Assembly: GCA_934378145.1 (NCBI GenBank)
Contig: CAKXXW010000001.1
Coordinates: forward strand, 1,458 to 65,457
Source: an uncultured Eubacteriales bacterium
Lineage (GTDB): Bacteria; Bacillota; Clostridia; Oscillospirales; CAG-272
Reading direction: 5' to 3'
DNA: 64,000 nt
The first letter of the stretch is position 1, and each line of letters begins with the position of its first letter. The notes below the pieces were generated by a model. It worked only from the letters and a program-made list of their open reading frames with translations. It was not told where the DNA came from and did no database searches. Positions 1 to 8,276 of this stretch are shown here, piece after piece. The position numbers were made by a program, and so were the translations under genes.

Positions 1-28
1 ATCGTAGACTGACCCCCCGGAGTGTCTT

Positions 29-265
29 ATGATAAGCTTAACGGACACACTTTACACTATTGCCCGCGCGCTTGTGTCAAGTCCCGATGAGGTGACCGTT
101 ACAGGGGACGAAAGCGGGAAAAATGTCAATCTCGTACTGAGCGTTGCACCCGACGACATGGGAATGGTGATCGGCAAGCACGGCAAGATAGCGAAGGCTA
201 TCAGAAATGTCATGAAAGCCGCCGCCAACTCAAACGGTCAGAAGGTCAATGTGGAAATCAAATAA
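29..265 (+). CDS. KH-domain RNA-binding protein (YlqC/UPF0109-like)
   Basis: 78-aa ORF with a KH GxxG loop 'MVIGKHGKIAKAIRNV'. Size and sequence are typical of the small KH protein found near rpsP in Firmicutes. Confidence 0.8.
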   Translation: MISLTDTLYTIARALVSSPDEVTVTGDESGKNVNLVLSVAPDDMGMVIGKHGKIAKAIRNVMKAAANSNGQKVNVEIK

Positions 266-297
266 GGCAACTCTTTGAGCCTTCAGTTTCCGTAATT

Positions 298-364
298 GCG
301 GAAGATCAGTCATTGCTGCCCGAAAGCAAAACGCCGGGTGCATTACCGGTCTTCCGCCTTTTTT
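298..364 (+). terminator. Branched rho-independent terminator after the KH gene
   Basis: 10-bp closing stem GCGGAAGATC (298-307) / GGTCTTCCGC (348-357) with one G-U pair, followed by T6 at 359-364. Two small internal hairpins lie inside the stem. Confidence 0.6.
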
Positions 365-439
365 ATGACGACACCGCGCAATTCAGGCAGTGCAATTTGC
401 GTATCGCGCGGTGTTGCATTATAAGGAGGTATCCCTATT

Positions 440-1933
440 ATGACAAAGAAATATCTTCTCGCGCTCGACCAGGGAACGACAAGCTCGCGCTGCATAATCT
501 TCGGCAGAGGCGGCAACATCCTCTCGGTCGCTCAGCGCGAATTCACACAGTTCTATCCTCAGTCCGGCTGGGTCGAGCATGACGCGCTCGAAATATTCGA
601 CACTCAGCTCGCCGTCGCCGCGGAGGCTGTTGAAAAGCTCGGTGCCTCTCCCGACGAGATAGCTGCAATAGGCATCACGAATCAGAGAGAAACGACGATA
701 GTATGGGACAGAAAGACCGGCAAGCCTGTATGCCCCGCCATAGTCTGGCAGTGTCGCCGCACCGCGGAATACTGCGACAGCCTTAAAGCGCAGGGACTGA
801 CCGATATGATCCGCAAAAAAACCGGACTTATCATCGACGCCTACTTCTCTGCGACAAAGCTCCGTTGGATACTTGAAAATATCCCGGGCGCCCGCGAAAG
901 AGCCGAAGCCGGCGAACTTCTCTTCGGAACGGTCGACTGCTACCTCATCTGGCGGCTCACAGAGGGAAAAGTCCACGCGACCGATGTCAGCAACGCCGCG
1001 CGGACTATGCTCTTCAACATAAATACGCTTGAGTGGGACAAAGAGCTTCTGACCCTTTTCGGCATCCCCGAATCAATGATGCCGAAAGTTGTACCCTCCT
1101 CGGGTGTGATAGGCTATACAAAAATGCTCGGCGGCAATATCCCGATCGCGGGTGCCGCGGGGGATCAGCAGGCGGCGCTGTTCGGTCAGTGCTGTTTTGA
1201 GCCGGGAGGCGTAAAGAATACCTACGGTACCGGCGGATTTATGCTGCTCAACACCGGCGACCGCCCCGTGTTCTCCGAAAACGGACTTCTCACCACCGTT
1301 GCGTGGCAGCTCGGGAACGGAAAGATCTGCTACGCCCTCGAAGGCTCGACCTTTGTCTGCGGCGCGGCGATCCAGTGGCTGCGTGACGGACTCGGACTGA
1401 TAAAAAAAGCCTCCGAAAGCGAAGCCGTCGCCCTTAAAGTCCCCGATAACGGCGGAGTTTACCTCGTTCCGGCGTTTGTCGGACTCGGCGCACCGTGGTG
1501 GGACGCCTATGCACGCGGAGCTATATTCGGCATCACAAGAGGTACGACACGGGAACATATCGTCCGTGCGACGCTCGAATCGATGGCATACCAGACCTAC
1601 GACCTTCTCACGACGATGGAAAAGGACGCAGGGATGACCATGACCTCGCTCAAGGTCGACGGAGGCGCATCGTCAAACAATCTGCTGCTGTCGTTCCAAT
1701 CTGACATATGCAACCTTCCGATAATCCGTCCGTCGTGCGTCGAGACCACCGCGCTCGGAGCGGCAAGGCTCGCGGGACTCGGCGTCGGCTTCTATTCAGA
1801 CACCGACGAGATCGCTGCGTTCCGCGGTGAAGAGACGCGCTTTGAGCCTTCGATGGACGCAAAGCGCCGTCAGACCCTTCTCTCGATGTGGCACAAGGCG
1901 GCAAAGAGTGTACTCGGCTGGGCAAAAGAGTAA
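440..1933 (+). CDS. glpK: Glycerol kinase
   Basis: 497 aa with FGGY-kinase N-terminus '[15 protein letters not shown]' and '[10 protein letters not shown]'. AGGAGG RBS at 424-429. Confidence 0.95.
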   Translation: MTKKYLLALDQGTTSSRCIIFGRGGNILSVAQREFTQFYPQSGWVEHDALEIFDTQLAVAAEAVEKLGASPDEIAAIGITNQRETTIVWDRKTGKPVCPAIVWQCRRTAEYCDSLKAQGLTDMIRKKTGLIIDAYFSATKLRWILENIPGARERAEAGELLFGTVDCYLIWRLTEGKVHATDVSNAARTMLFNINTLEWDKELLTLFGIPESMMPKVVPSSGVIGYTKMLGGNIPIAGAAGDQQAALFGQCCFEPGGVKNTYGTGGFMLLNTGDRPVFSENGLLTTVAWQLGNGKICYALEGSTFVCGAAIQWLRDGLGLIKKASESEAVALKVPDNGGVYLVPAFVGLGAPWWDAYARGAIFGITRGTTREHIVRATLESMAYQTYDLLTTMEKDAGMTMTSLKVDGGASSNNLLLSFQSDICNLPIIRPSCVETTALGAARLAGLGVGFYSDTDEIAAFRGEETRFEPSMDAKRRQTLLSMWHKAAKSVLGWAKE

Positions 1934-1948
1934 AAAGAGGACACGACT

Positions 1949-2575
1949 ATGGGCAGATTTTTCAGATGGTTCGGACTTCCCGGGAACTTTGTACTCACTC
2001 TTCTGATAAGTCTTTACGGAATAATCCTCGCCTGCATTTTCAGAACACCTCAAAGGATCATATGCGCGGCAGCAATGCTGCTGTCCTCTCTCGGAGACAT
2101 TCTGCTGATGGACTATAAGCCTGTCACAAAAAAGCTCCCGCTCCGCGGCTTTACCGCGGGTGCGGCATCGTTCGGCATCGCGCATCTCGTATATGCCTCG
2201 GCTTTCATCTTCATAATGGTGAAGGAAGGCTACGGCGTCGTCAACCCGGGCTTCTTCTGCGGGATAGGACTCTTTGTTGCCTCGGTCGCGGCGCTTATCT
2301 TCCTTATGAAAACAAAAAAGCAGAACAATCCGGTAATGAAGGTGCTTCCCTTCTGTTACCTCCTGCTGATCTCCTTCAATCTCACGGTAATATTTTCCTG
2401 CTCGGTGAGCAGAGGCGCCTACGGTCTTATCTCCGGCATCGGTGCGCTGTCGTTCTATGTTTCCGACCTTATCCTCTCGGTAAGGCTCGTAAGCAGCATA
2501 AAAATAAAGCACAACGAAGCGCTCGTCTGGTGGTTCTACCCGATAGGTCAGATATTGCTGCTGACCGGAGCATAA
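1949..2575 (+). CDS. YhhN-family (lysoplasmalogenase-like) membrane protein
   Basis: 208 aa and multi-pass hydrophobic. 'SSLGDILLM' and the C-terminal 'FYVSDLIL' resemble the two conserved YhhN motifs. Confidence 0.6.
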   Translation: MGRFFRWFGLPGNFVLTLLISLYGIILACIFRTPQRIICAAAMLLSSLGDILLMDYKPVTKKLPLRGFTAGAASFGIAHLVYASAFIFIMVKEGYGVVNPGFFCGIGLFVASVAALIFLMKTKKQNNPVMKVLPFCYLLLISFNLTVIFSCSVSRGAYGLISGIGALSFYVSDLILSVRLVSSIKIKHNEALVWWFYPIGQILLLTGA

Positions 2576-2632
2576 TTCCCTTCCGTATGTGACAAAATAT
2601 ATCCGATAATATTTTTCTCATACGGAGGCTAT

Positions 2633-3595
2633 ATGGTAAACATCAGGAAATGTGCCGTCATCGGGTGCGGATTTGTCGGGGCGACCTGCGCCTACTCTCT
2701 TCTTCACAGCGGGATCTTCTCGGAGCTTGTGCTGATAGATGTCAACCGCGAAAAGGCTTCGGGTGAGGCTATGGACCTCACCGATGCCCTGCCCTATCTC
2801 TCACCCGCATCGGTCTACGCGGGCGATTACAGCGACATCGGTGACTGCTCTGTCGTGATAATCACAGCCGGCGCCAATCAGAAGCCGGGTGAGACAAGGC
2901 TCGACCTTGTAAAGAAGAATTCCGCGATAGTCGGCTCGATCGTAAAAGAGGTCGTGAAGTACAACACCGACGGAATATTACTCGTCGTATCGAATCCGGT
3001 CGACATTCTGACCTATGTGACACTGAAGATCTCGGAATTCCCCGCATCAAGGGTCATCGGCTCGGGGACCGTCCTCGATACGGCAAGGCTGAAGCAGCTC
3101 GTAGGCGAGCATCTCTCGGTCGACCCGAGAAATGTCCACAGCTTCGTCATCGGAGAACACGGCGACAGCGAGCTTGCCGTCTGGAGTTCCGCAAATGTGT
3201 CGGGCGTCGATCTCATAAAGTTCTGTTCGATCTGCGGCAAGTGCGGAGGGATGCAGAATCTTTACAGGCTCTTTGACGATGTCCGCGACAGTGCATACAA
3301 AATAATAAACGCAAAGGGCGCGACCTACTACGGCATCGCCGAATCGGTGCGCCGCATATGTGAAGCTATCGTCCGTGATGAGGACAGCATCCTTCCCGTA
3401 TCGGTGCTTCTGAACGGGGAGTATGACATCGAAAATATCTGCCTCGGTATGCCATCCGTCATCGGCAGAAGCGGGGTAAAGAGGACATTTGAGGTCCCGC
3501 TCGACGATTACGAGCTGAAAAAACTCCGTGCATCCGCCGACGCGGTCCGCGCCGTTATCTCTCAGCTCCGCCCCGACGAAGTGCCTGTAATGTAA
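2633..3595 (+). CDS. ldh: L-lactate dehydrogenase
   Basis: 320 aa with Rossmann motif 'VIGCGFVGATCAY' and catalytic loop 'IGEHGDSELAVWS'. Confidence 0.9.
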   Translation: MVNIRKCAVIGCGFVGATCAYSLLHSGIFSELVLIDVNREKASGEAMDLTDALPYLSPASVYAGDYSDIGDCSVVIITAGANQKPGETRLDLVKKNSAIVGSIVKEVVKYNTDGILLVVSNPVDILTYVTLKISEFPASRVIGSGTVLDTARLKQLVGEHLSVDPRNVHSFVIGEHGDSELAVWSSANVSGVDLIKFCSICGKCGGMQNLYRLFDDVRDSAYKIINAKGATYYGIAESVRRICEAIVRDEDSILPVSVLLNGEYDIENICLGMPSVIGRSGVKRTFEVPLDDYELKKLRASADAVRAVISQLRPDEVPVM

Positions 3596-3646
3596 ACGGC
3601 GTTTTCAACAAATAAAAAAACTTGAAAATATATTTTTTGAAAAAGA

Positions 3647-3675
3647 TTGACAAACAAAAAAAAGTGTGATATAAT
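3647..3675 (+). promoter_or_regulatory. Sigma-A type promoter for the zinc-ribbon gene
   Basis: TTGACA (3647-3652), 17-bp spacer, TATAAT (3670-3675), preceded by TGa (extended -10). Confidence 0.6.
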
Positions 3676-3729
3676 TCTGTCAACTGCAATGTGAGAGTAC
3701 GCACTGCAAAAATTTCAAAGAGGTATCAC

Positions 3730-4017
3730 ATGTACACAGACAAGACACTGGTCTGCAAGGAATGCGGACAAGAATTCACCTTCACTGCCAGCGAGCAGGA
3801 GTTTTACGCCGAAAAGGGCTTCGAGAACGAGCCGCAGCGCTGCAAAGCCTGCCGTGACGCCCGCAAGTCCCGCAAGAACAACGGTACTCCCCGTCAGATG
3901 TTTGACGCAGTCTGCGCTGAGTGCGGCAAAGAGTGCAAGGTTCCCTTCGAGCCGAGCAACGATCGCCCCGTTTACTGCAGCGAGTGCTTCGCAAAGAAGA
4001 AAGCCGAGAACAACTGA
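3730..4017 (+). CDS. Small zinc-ribbon protein (double CxxC..CxxC)
   Basis: 95 aa from ATG 3730, which has an AAAGAGG RBS; the track ORF begins at an upstream GTG. Cysteine pairs are CKEC..CKAC and CAEC..CSEC. It follows a strong promoter and is followed by a terminator. Confidence 0.7.
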   Translation: MYTDKTLVCKECGQEFTFTASEQEFYAEKGFENEPQRCKACRDARKSRKNNGTPRQMFDAVCAECGKECKVPFEPSNDRPVYCSECFAKKKAENN

Positions 4018-4030
4018 GGTGAATCTTAAA

Positions 4031-4060
4031 AAGACCGACGGTTTTACCGTCGGTCTTTTT
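4031..4060 (+). terminator. Rho-independent terminator
   Basis: Stem AAGACCGACGG / CCGTCGGTCTT followed by a T-run. Confidence 0.85.
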
Positions 4061-4098
4061 GTAATCTGCTATTTTTTATATTAAATTTCAAAAAAGGC

Positions 4099-4127
4099 TT
4101 GACAAGCCGGAAAATTTGTGGTATTAT
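4099..4127 (+). promoter_or_regulatory. Promoter of tRNA-Arg
   Basis: TTGACA (4099-4104), 17-bp spacer, TGgTATTAT (-10 at 4122-4127). Confidence 0.65.
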
Positions 4128-4143
4128 ATGTAGCGTTGTCGAT

Positions 4144-4220
4144 GCGGCATTAGCTCAGTTGGATAGAGTGCCTGGCTACGAACCAGTAGGTCGGGGGTTC
4201 GAGTCCCTTATGCCGCGCCA
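4144..4220 (+). tRNA. tRNA-Arg (anticodon ACG)
   Basis: 77-nt cloverleaf folded by hand. Acceptor stem is GCGGCAT/ATGCCGC, anticodon loop is CTACGAA, the T-loop is TTCGAGT, and CCA is encoded. One C-U mismatch sits at the top of the anticodon stem. Confidence 0.85.
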
Positions 4221-4226
4221 CAATAA

Positions 4227-4255
4227 AGCGTTGTGATTCTTCACAACGCTTTTTT
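4227..4255 (+). terminator. Rho-independent terminator of tRNA-Arg
   Basis: Stem AGCGTTGTGA / TCACAACGCT followed by T6. Confidence 0.85.
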
Positions 4256-4261
4256 CTTTAT

Positions 4262-4293
4262 AAAAAGCCTCACCCGCAATGCCACGGGTGAGG
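4262..4293 (-). terminator. Terminator for the minus-strand operon ending at 4308
   Basis: Hairpin CCTCACCCG / CGGGTGAGG. T-runs occur on both sides, so it may act bidirectionally. Confidence 0.5.
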
Positions 4294-4307
4294 TCTGTTT
4301 TTTCTTT

Positions 4308-5099
4308 TTATTCTCCGTCGACTATCCTGCGCAGCTTTGATGCGGCACGGAAGGCTTTCTCGTAATACTGCTCCGCCGTGTAGTCATCGTAGAAGTTGCT
4401 GTTCTTCTTTATGACCTCGAGCATAAGCGTTCCGGTAAAGCCCGATGCCTTTATCTGCTCTCCCACATGGTAGAAGTTTATCATTCCGTCGAAGGGGAGA
4501 AGGTGAAGGTCCTTGTTATACTCGCACATATTGTCCTGTATGTGGAGCGCTATGAGCTTCTTTCCGAAGAGCGGCATATATTCCCTGCCCGGCGTGAAGC
4601 AGGCTTCGTGACCCGTGTCCCAGCAGAAGCCGACCTGCGGCAGATCTCCGTACTGCTCAAAAGCAAAGGCTATGTTCGCGAGCTTTCTCTGGTTCTCGAA
4701 GGCTATCTTGACCCCGACCTCGCCTGCATGGTTTACAAGGCGGTCGAATCTTTCGTGTCCTATGTCGTTGACGCAGGGGGCGTTTTCCTTGCTGCTCAGA
4801 TGCACTATCATCACGGGAACTCCGTAATGTGCGCAGGAGTCAAGGCAGTCGGTGAGAGTTTTAAGCATAGCCTCACCGTCGTCTCCGGGCATCCAGATGT
4901 CGTTGATGTGCTTGAAAGGTGCGTGGATCGTATCGTAGGTCAAACCTGCACGATCGATGGCATCGGCAAGCTCACCGATATACCTGTCGTCCTTGAATCC
5001 CGAAAAAACGCAGTCAAAGCCCGCGTTCCTCACATATTGGACAGAGTCGATAGCGTTTATCCCGCTGAAGCCGCCTAAGTTGATTCCGAGTTTTCTCAT
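4308..5099 (-). CDS. Sugar phosphate isomerase/epimerase (xylose-isomerase-like TIM barrel)
   Basis: 263 aa with a pattern of conserved H/D/E residues ('HAPF', 'VHLS', 'FENQ', 'CWDTGHE', 'LHIQDN') typical of the AP-endonuclease-2/xylose isomerase-like fold. Confidence 0.7.
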   Translation of the reverse strand: MRKLGINLGGFSGINAIDSVQYVRNAGFDCVFSGFKDDRYIGELADAIDRAGLTYDTIHAPFKHINDIWMPGDDGEAMLKTLTDCLDSCAHYGVPVMIVHLSSKENAPCVNDIGHERFDRLVNHAGEVGVKIAFENQRKLANIAFAFEQYGDLPQVGFCWDTGHEACFTPGREYMPLFGKKLIALHIQDNMCEYNKDLHLLPFDGMINFYHVGEQIKASGFTGTLMLEVIKKNSNFYDDYTAEQYYEKAFRAASKLRRIVDGE

Positions 5100-5100
5100 T

Positions 5101-6249
5101 TTATTTTTCCTCTTTTCCGGATAAATTTTTATCGTTTTTAGTATCGGGACGGCGCGGGAGCTGCGCGATCCCCGATCTTACAAGATAGCCGAGAAGCTTC
5201 CTCATCTCACGGAAAACAAGCTCTCTCTTCTCGGGCTCGATCTTTGCAAGCGACCTCCAGAGCAACAGTCTGTCGCTTGCAAAATCGGTAAGCGTATGGG
5301 CATTGTCGACAGTAAGAATGTCATATATCGCATCGGTGATCGCGCGACGGGTCGCCATATCCTTATCCTCTATCCATGCGTTCACCGCGCGGCTCAGCTC
5401 GGACGCCTGCCGTGTCAGTCCCGAACGGCGGACAAAGTGTCTGCCCCTTACCTGCCAGAGATAGCAGTTATGCTGAGTGACTCCCGACTTTTCACTGCTT
5501 ATGACCGAAAAATTGTCATCGTTTGTCAGAAGCATACCGACGACCGATTCCTGCGGCACGAGCTTCAGAACTCTGTCACGGATCTCAAGATATTCCGCGG
5601 ATCTCAGGAATTCGCCAGAGAATCCCGGACCGTCGTTGTTGTAAACTCTTGCTATGCGTTTTTTCACCGACGCATCGCATTTTGCCGAGGCATAAACGGC
5701 AAGGTTCCCTCCCTTGCTGTGTCCGCCGACACGAAGGTTACTGCTGTCATAAGCCTTTCCCGCACGGTTGAGATACAGCACCGAGCTTTTCTGACAGGGG
5801 ACTTCGTCGGAGGACGCCATATTGAGGTCTTCCTTCCACCCGACAAGAGTATCGTCGGTCCCCTTGAAGGCGACGAAGACCGTTCCGTCATTAAGCTCCG
5901 CGGTAAATGCGGCAAACTGCTCCTGCTCCTCATAATCAAGACGGTTTATATAGCCCGAGAGCTTCGCGTCGCGGAATCTGCGGCTCTTCGCCATAAGGGT
6001 GACCATCTTTCTTATGTCCTCGCCGGGAATTATTGCGCCGTAGCTCTTCTTTATATCATTCCGTCTGTCAAAATAGATCCCGATAGCGTCCGAGAAGGCA
6101 ACGCCCTCGCCGCCGACAGCCTCGGGAATTATTCCCTCAAGGTTCAGAAAGCTGACGAAAACGAGCAGAGCGGCGTCGACCTCGTTGAAGCCCGACTGAC
6201 GGAAGGTCAGATCTCCGCGCCAAACAAGGTAGTCATTCATATTCGGCAT
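5101..6249 (-). CDS. DUF2974 / Mbeg1-like alpha/beta-hydrolase (lipase-like)
   Basis: 382 aa with N-terminus 'DYLVWRGDLTF..FNEVDAALL' and nucleophile elbow 'GHSKGG'. GGAGG RBS lies 8 nt upstream. Confidence 0.65.
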   Translation of the reverse strand: MPNMNDYLVWRGDLTFRQSGFNEVDAALLVFVSFLNLEGIIPEAVGGEGVAFSDAIGIYFDRRNDIKKSYGAIIPGEDIRKMVTLMAKSRRFRDAKLSGYINRLDYEEQEQFAAFTAELNDGTVFVAFKGTDDTLVGWKEDLNMASSDEVPCQKSSVLYLNRAGKAYDSSNLRVGGHSKGGNLAVYASAKCDASVKKRIARVYNNDGPGFSGEFLRSAEYLEIRDRVLKLVPQESVVGMLLTNDDNFSVISSEKSGVTQHNCYLWQVRGRHFVRRSGLTRQASELSRAVNAWIEDKDMATRRAITDAIYDILTVDNAHTLTDFASDRLLLWRSLAKIEPEKRELVFREMRKLLGYLVRSGIAQLPRRPDTKNDKNLSGKEEK

Positions 6250-6284
6250 ATATTTTTCCTCCGCATATCAGAAAAATTACTCTG

Positions 6285-7436
6285 TCAGAGCTTACCGATA
6301 AAGTCCTTCAGTGTCTCACTTTCACAGGCGGCAGTCCCGCGGATCATCTCCGGAGAGCCTCCGCCCCTTCCGCCTATCGCGGCATTTATATCGCGCGACA
6401 TAGCCCGCAGATCGCGTGTGCGGCTGACCATACAGTACCGATAGTCGGCATCCGTGCCGGCAAAAGCCGCACATATCCCGCCGCACTTTTCCGCCGCGGC
6501 GATCGTGAAGCGCATAAGCTCGTCGTTGCCGAGGTCGGGCTCAAACAGGCAGAGGTTCCCGTCGGTCGGCTCGATGAGCTTTATTTTCATCGAAAGAAGC
6601 TCGTCGCGGAGGCAGGCGCACCTTGCCCGACAGGCGGCGAACTCTTCTTCAAGATGCGCGACCGCCTCGGCAATCTTTTCCTGCGGCGAGGAGAGCCTCA
6701 TCGATATGGTCTTCACCGCACCGTATTTTTCATTGTAGTCATCGAGCGCATCGAGCCCGCACTGAAGGTGAACTCTCACACCACCCTTATATTTGACCGA
6801 ATCGAGTATCTTTATTATCCCTATCTCACCGGTATGCGAAAGATGAGGCGCACAGCAGGCACAGACATCAAAGCCCTCGACGGTGACTATGCGTATCTTT
6901 CCGGTGAGAGCCTTTTTGCTCCTGTAATGAAGCGCCGCAAGCTCTTCTTCCGAAGGGTAGGTCGCAGCGATCCGCATATTCTTTACCACGGCAAGGTTAG
7001 CCTCGTATTCGACCTCACGGAGAGCATCACGGTCAAGGAAGCCGTCGTAGTCTATCGTTATGTCCTCGCTCCCCATATGGAAGCCGACATTGTTCAGTCC
7101 GTACTTTCGGTTTACGATGCCGGAGACTATATGCTCGCCGCCGTGGTTCTGCATAAGCCTCAGCCGACGCTCAAAGTCGATCACAGCATCGACTTTTTCA
7201 CCGACGGAAAGCGAAGCCTCGGTTATATGAAGCACCTCTTCTCCCGATTCCTGCGTATCGGTGACGCGGATGCCTCCGATATATCCCGTGTCGCCCGGTT
7301 GGCCCCCGCCCTCGGGGAAGAACACGGTCTCGGCAAGAGTCACGGCAAATCTTCCGTCGCCATAAGGCATGCACGAAAGCACCTCCGTGTTCACGCGGTC
7401 GGCATAGCTGTCCTCGTAATAGAGCTTTCGGGTCAT
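6285..7436 (-). CDS. Alanyl-tRNA editing protein (AlaX-L type, editing domain plus DHHA1)
   Basis: 383 aa with 'FFPEGGGQPGDTG', zinc motifs 'HGGEH' and 'CCAPH', and a C-terminal 'GGRGGGSPEMIRG'. Confidence 0.75.
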   Translation of the reverse strand: MTRKLYYEDSYADRVNTEVLSCMPYGDGRFAVTLAETVFFPEGGGQPGDTGYIGGIRVTDTQESGEEVLHITEASLSVGEKVDAVIDFERRLRLMQNHGGEHIVSGIVNRKYGLNNVGFHMGSEDITIDYDGFLDRDALREVEYEANLAVVKNMRIAATYPSEEELAALHYRSKKALTGKIRIVTVEGFDVCACCAPHLSHTGEIGIIKILDSVKYKGGVRVHLQCGLDALDDYNEKYGAVKTISMRLSSPQEKIAEAVAHLEEEFAACRARCACLRDELLSMKIKLIEPTDGNLCLFEPDLGNDELMRFTIAAAEKCGGICAAFAGTDADYRYCMVSRTRDLRAMSRDINAAIGGRGGGSPEMIRGTAACESETLKDFIGKL

Positions 7437-8272
7437 TTTGTCTTGAATCTCTTCCCTGTTTCGTTCAGATAGAGGCTCATCGGGAGCGGCCAGTCCGTCT
7501 GTATGATATCAAATCCGTTGTCGGCGAGCCACCCCCAGCCGAGAGACGGATCCTTTATCAGGGAAACATCGTCGGAATGTCCCGCCGAGAGCGGCACGCG
7601 GTAATTGTAAAGGATCGCATTGCCCCAGAGCAGATAGCCCTCGTTTTTCAGCTTCTCGCGGAATTCGGCAGTTCCGACCTCGCATGTCTCGGTGAAGAAG
7701 ACAAGCTCGGCGCCGATGTAGTTTATCTTCCTGCGTTTCAGCTCCTCGTGCCATTCGCCGCAGTTGTTCTTGTAGATGGGCATAAACATTATCTCGGGTG
7801 CAAATTCCTCAAGGACATCGGCTACATGTGGCTTCGGCGCGGACTTTACGACTATCTGATCCTGTATGCCGTGTTTGCGTATCGCCTGCGAGATCTCCTT
7901 CGGAAAGTCCCAGAATTTGTCGACATTGATGTAGCATCTGCCTTTGAAGTTCTCGCAGACCTCGTCAAAGGTGCAGAGCGTCCATTCGGTCTGCGTGCGG
8001 TCGTAGTTGACATAGCGGAGAACGCTTCTTATCTGGTCAAGGGTATAATCCCTGATACTTCCGCAGAAGCCGAGGTGATCGCGCTCCTCCTTCGGATGGA
8101 AGATGACGAGCTGGCCGTCGGCGGTCATATTGAGGTCGATCTCTATCATATCGGCGCCCTGCTTTACGGCTATCTCATAAGCCGGCATAGTGTTGCAGGG
8201 GATGTTTCCTCCCGCCGCGCCGCGGTGTGCCGCAATGATGATCTTTTCTTTGCAATCGTTGATAAGGTTCAT
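7433..8272 (-). CDS. Glycerophosphodiester phosphodiesterase family protein
   Basis: 'AAHRGAAGG..PCNTMPAYE..GADMIEIDL' is the GDPD signature. I prefer the start at ATG 8272 (AAGGAA RBS, no overlap with the upstream gene); the alternative is ATG 8296. Confidence 0.8.
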   Translation of the reverse strand: MNLINDCKEKIIIAAHRGAAGGNIPCNTMPAYEIAVKQGADMIEIDLNMTADGQLVIFHPKEERDHLGFCGSIRDYTLDQIRSVLRYVNYDRTQTEWTLCTFDEVCENFKGRCYINVDKFWDFPKEISQAIRKHGIQDQIVVKSAPKPHVADVLEEFAPEIMFMPIYKNNCGEWHEELKRRKINYIGAELVFFTETCEVGTAEFREKLKNEGYLLWGNAILYNYRVPLSAGHSDDVSLIKDPSLGWGWLADNGFDIIQTDWPLPMSLYLNETGKRFKTK

Positions 8273-8276
8273 TTTC

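Noticed and set aside
5296-6444. A 382-aa plus-strand ORF with exactly the same length as the DUF2974 gene (5101-6249) that it lies antisense to.
   Set aside because: It has no RBS or promoter, crosses the DUF2974/alaX gene boundary, and has the R/L/S/V-rich composition typical of the reverse frame of GC3-rich genes. The equal length is a coincidence.
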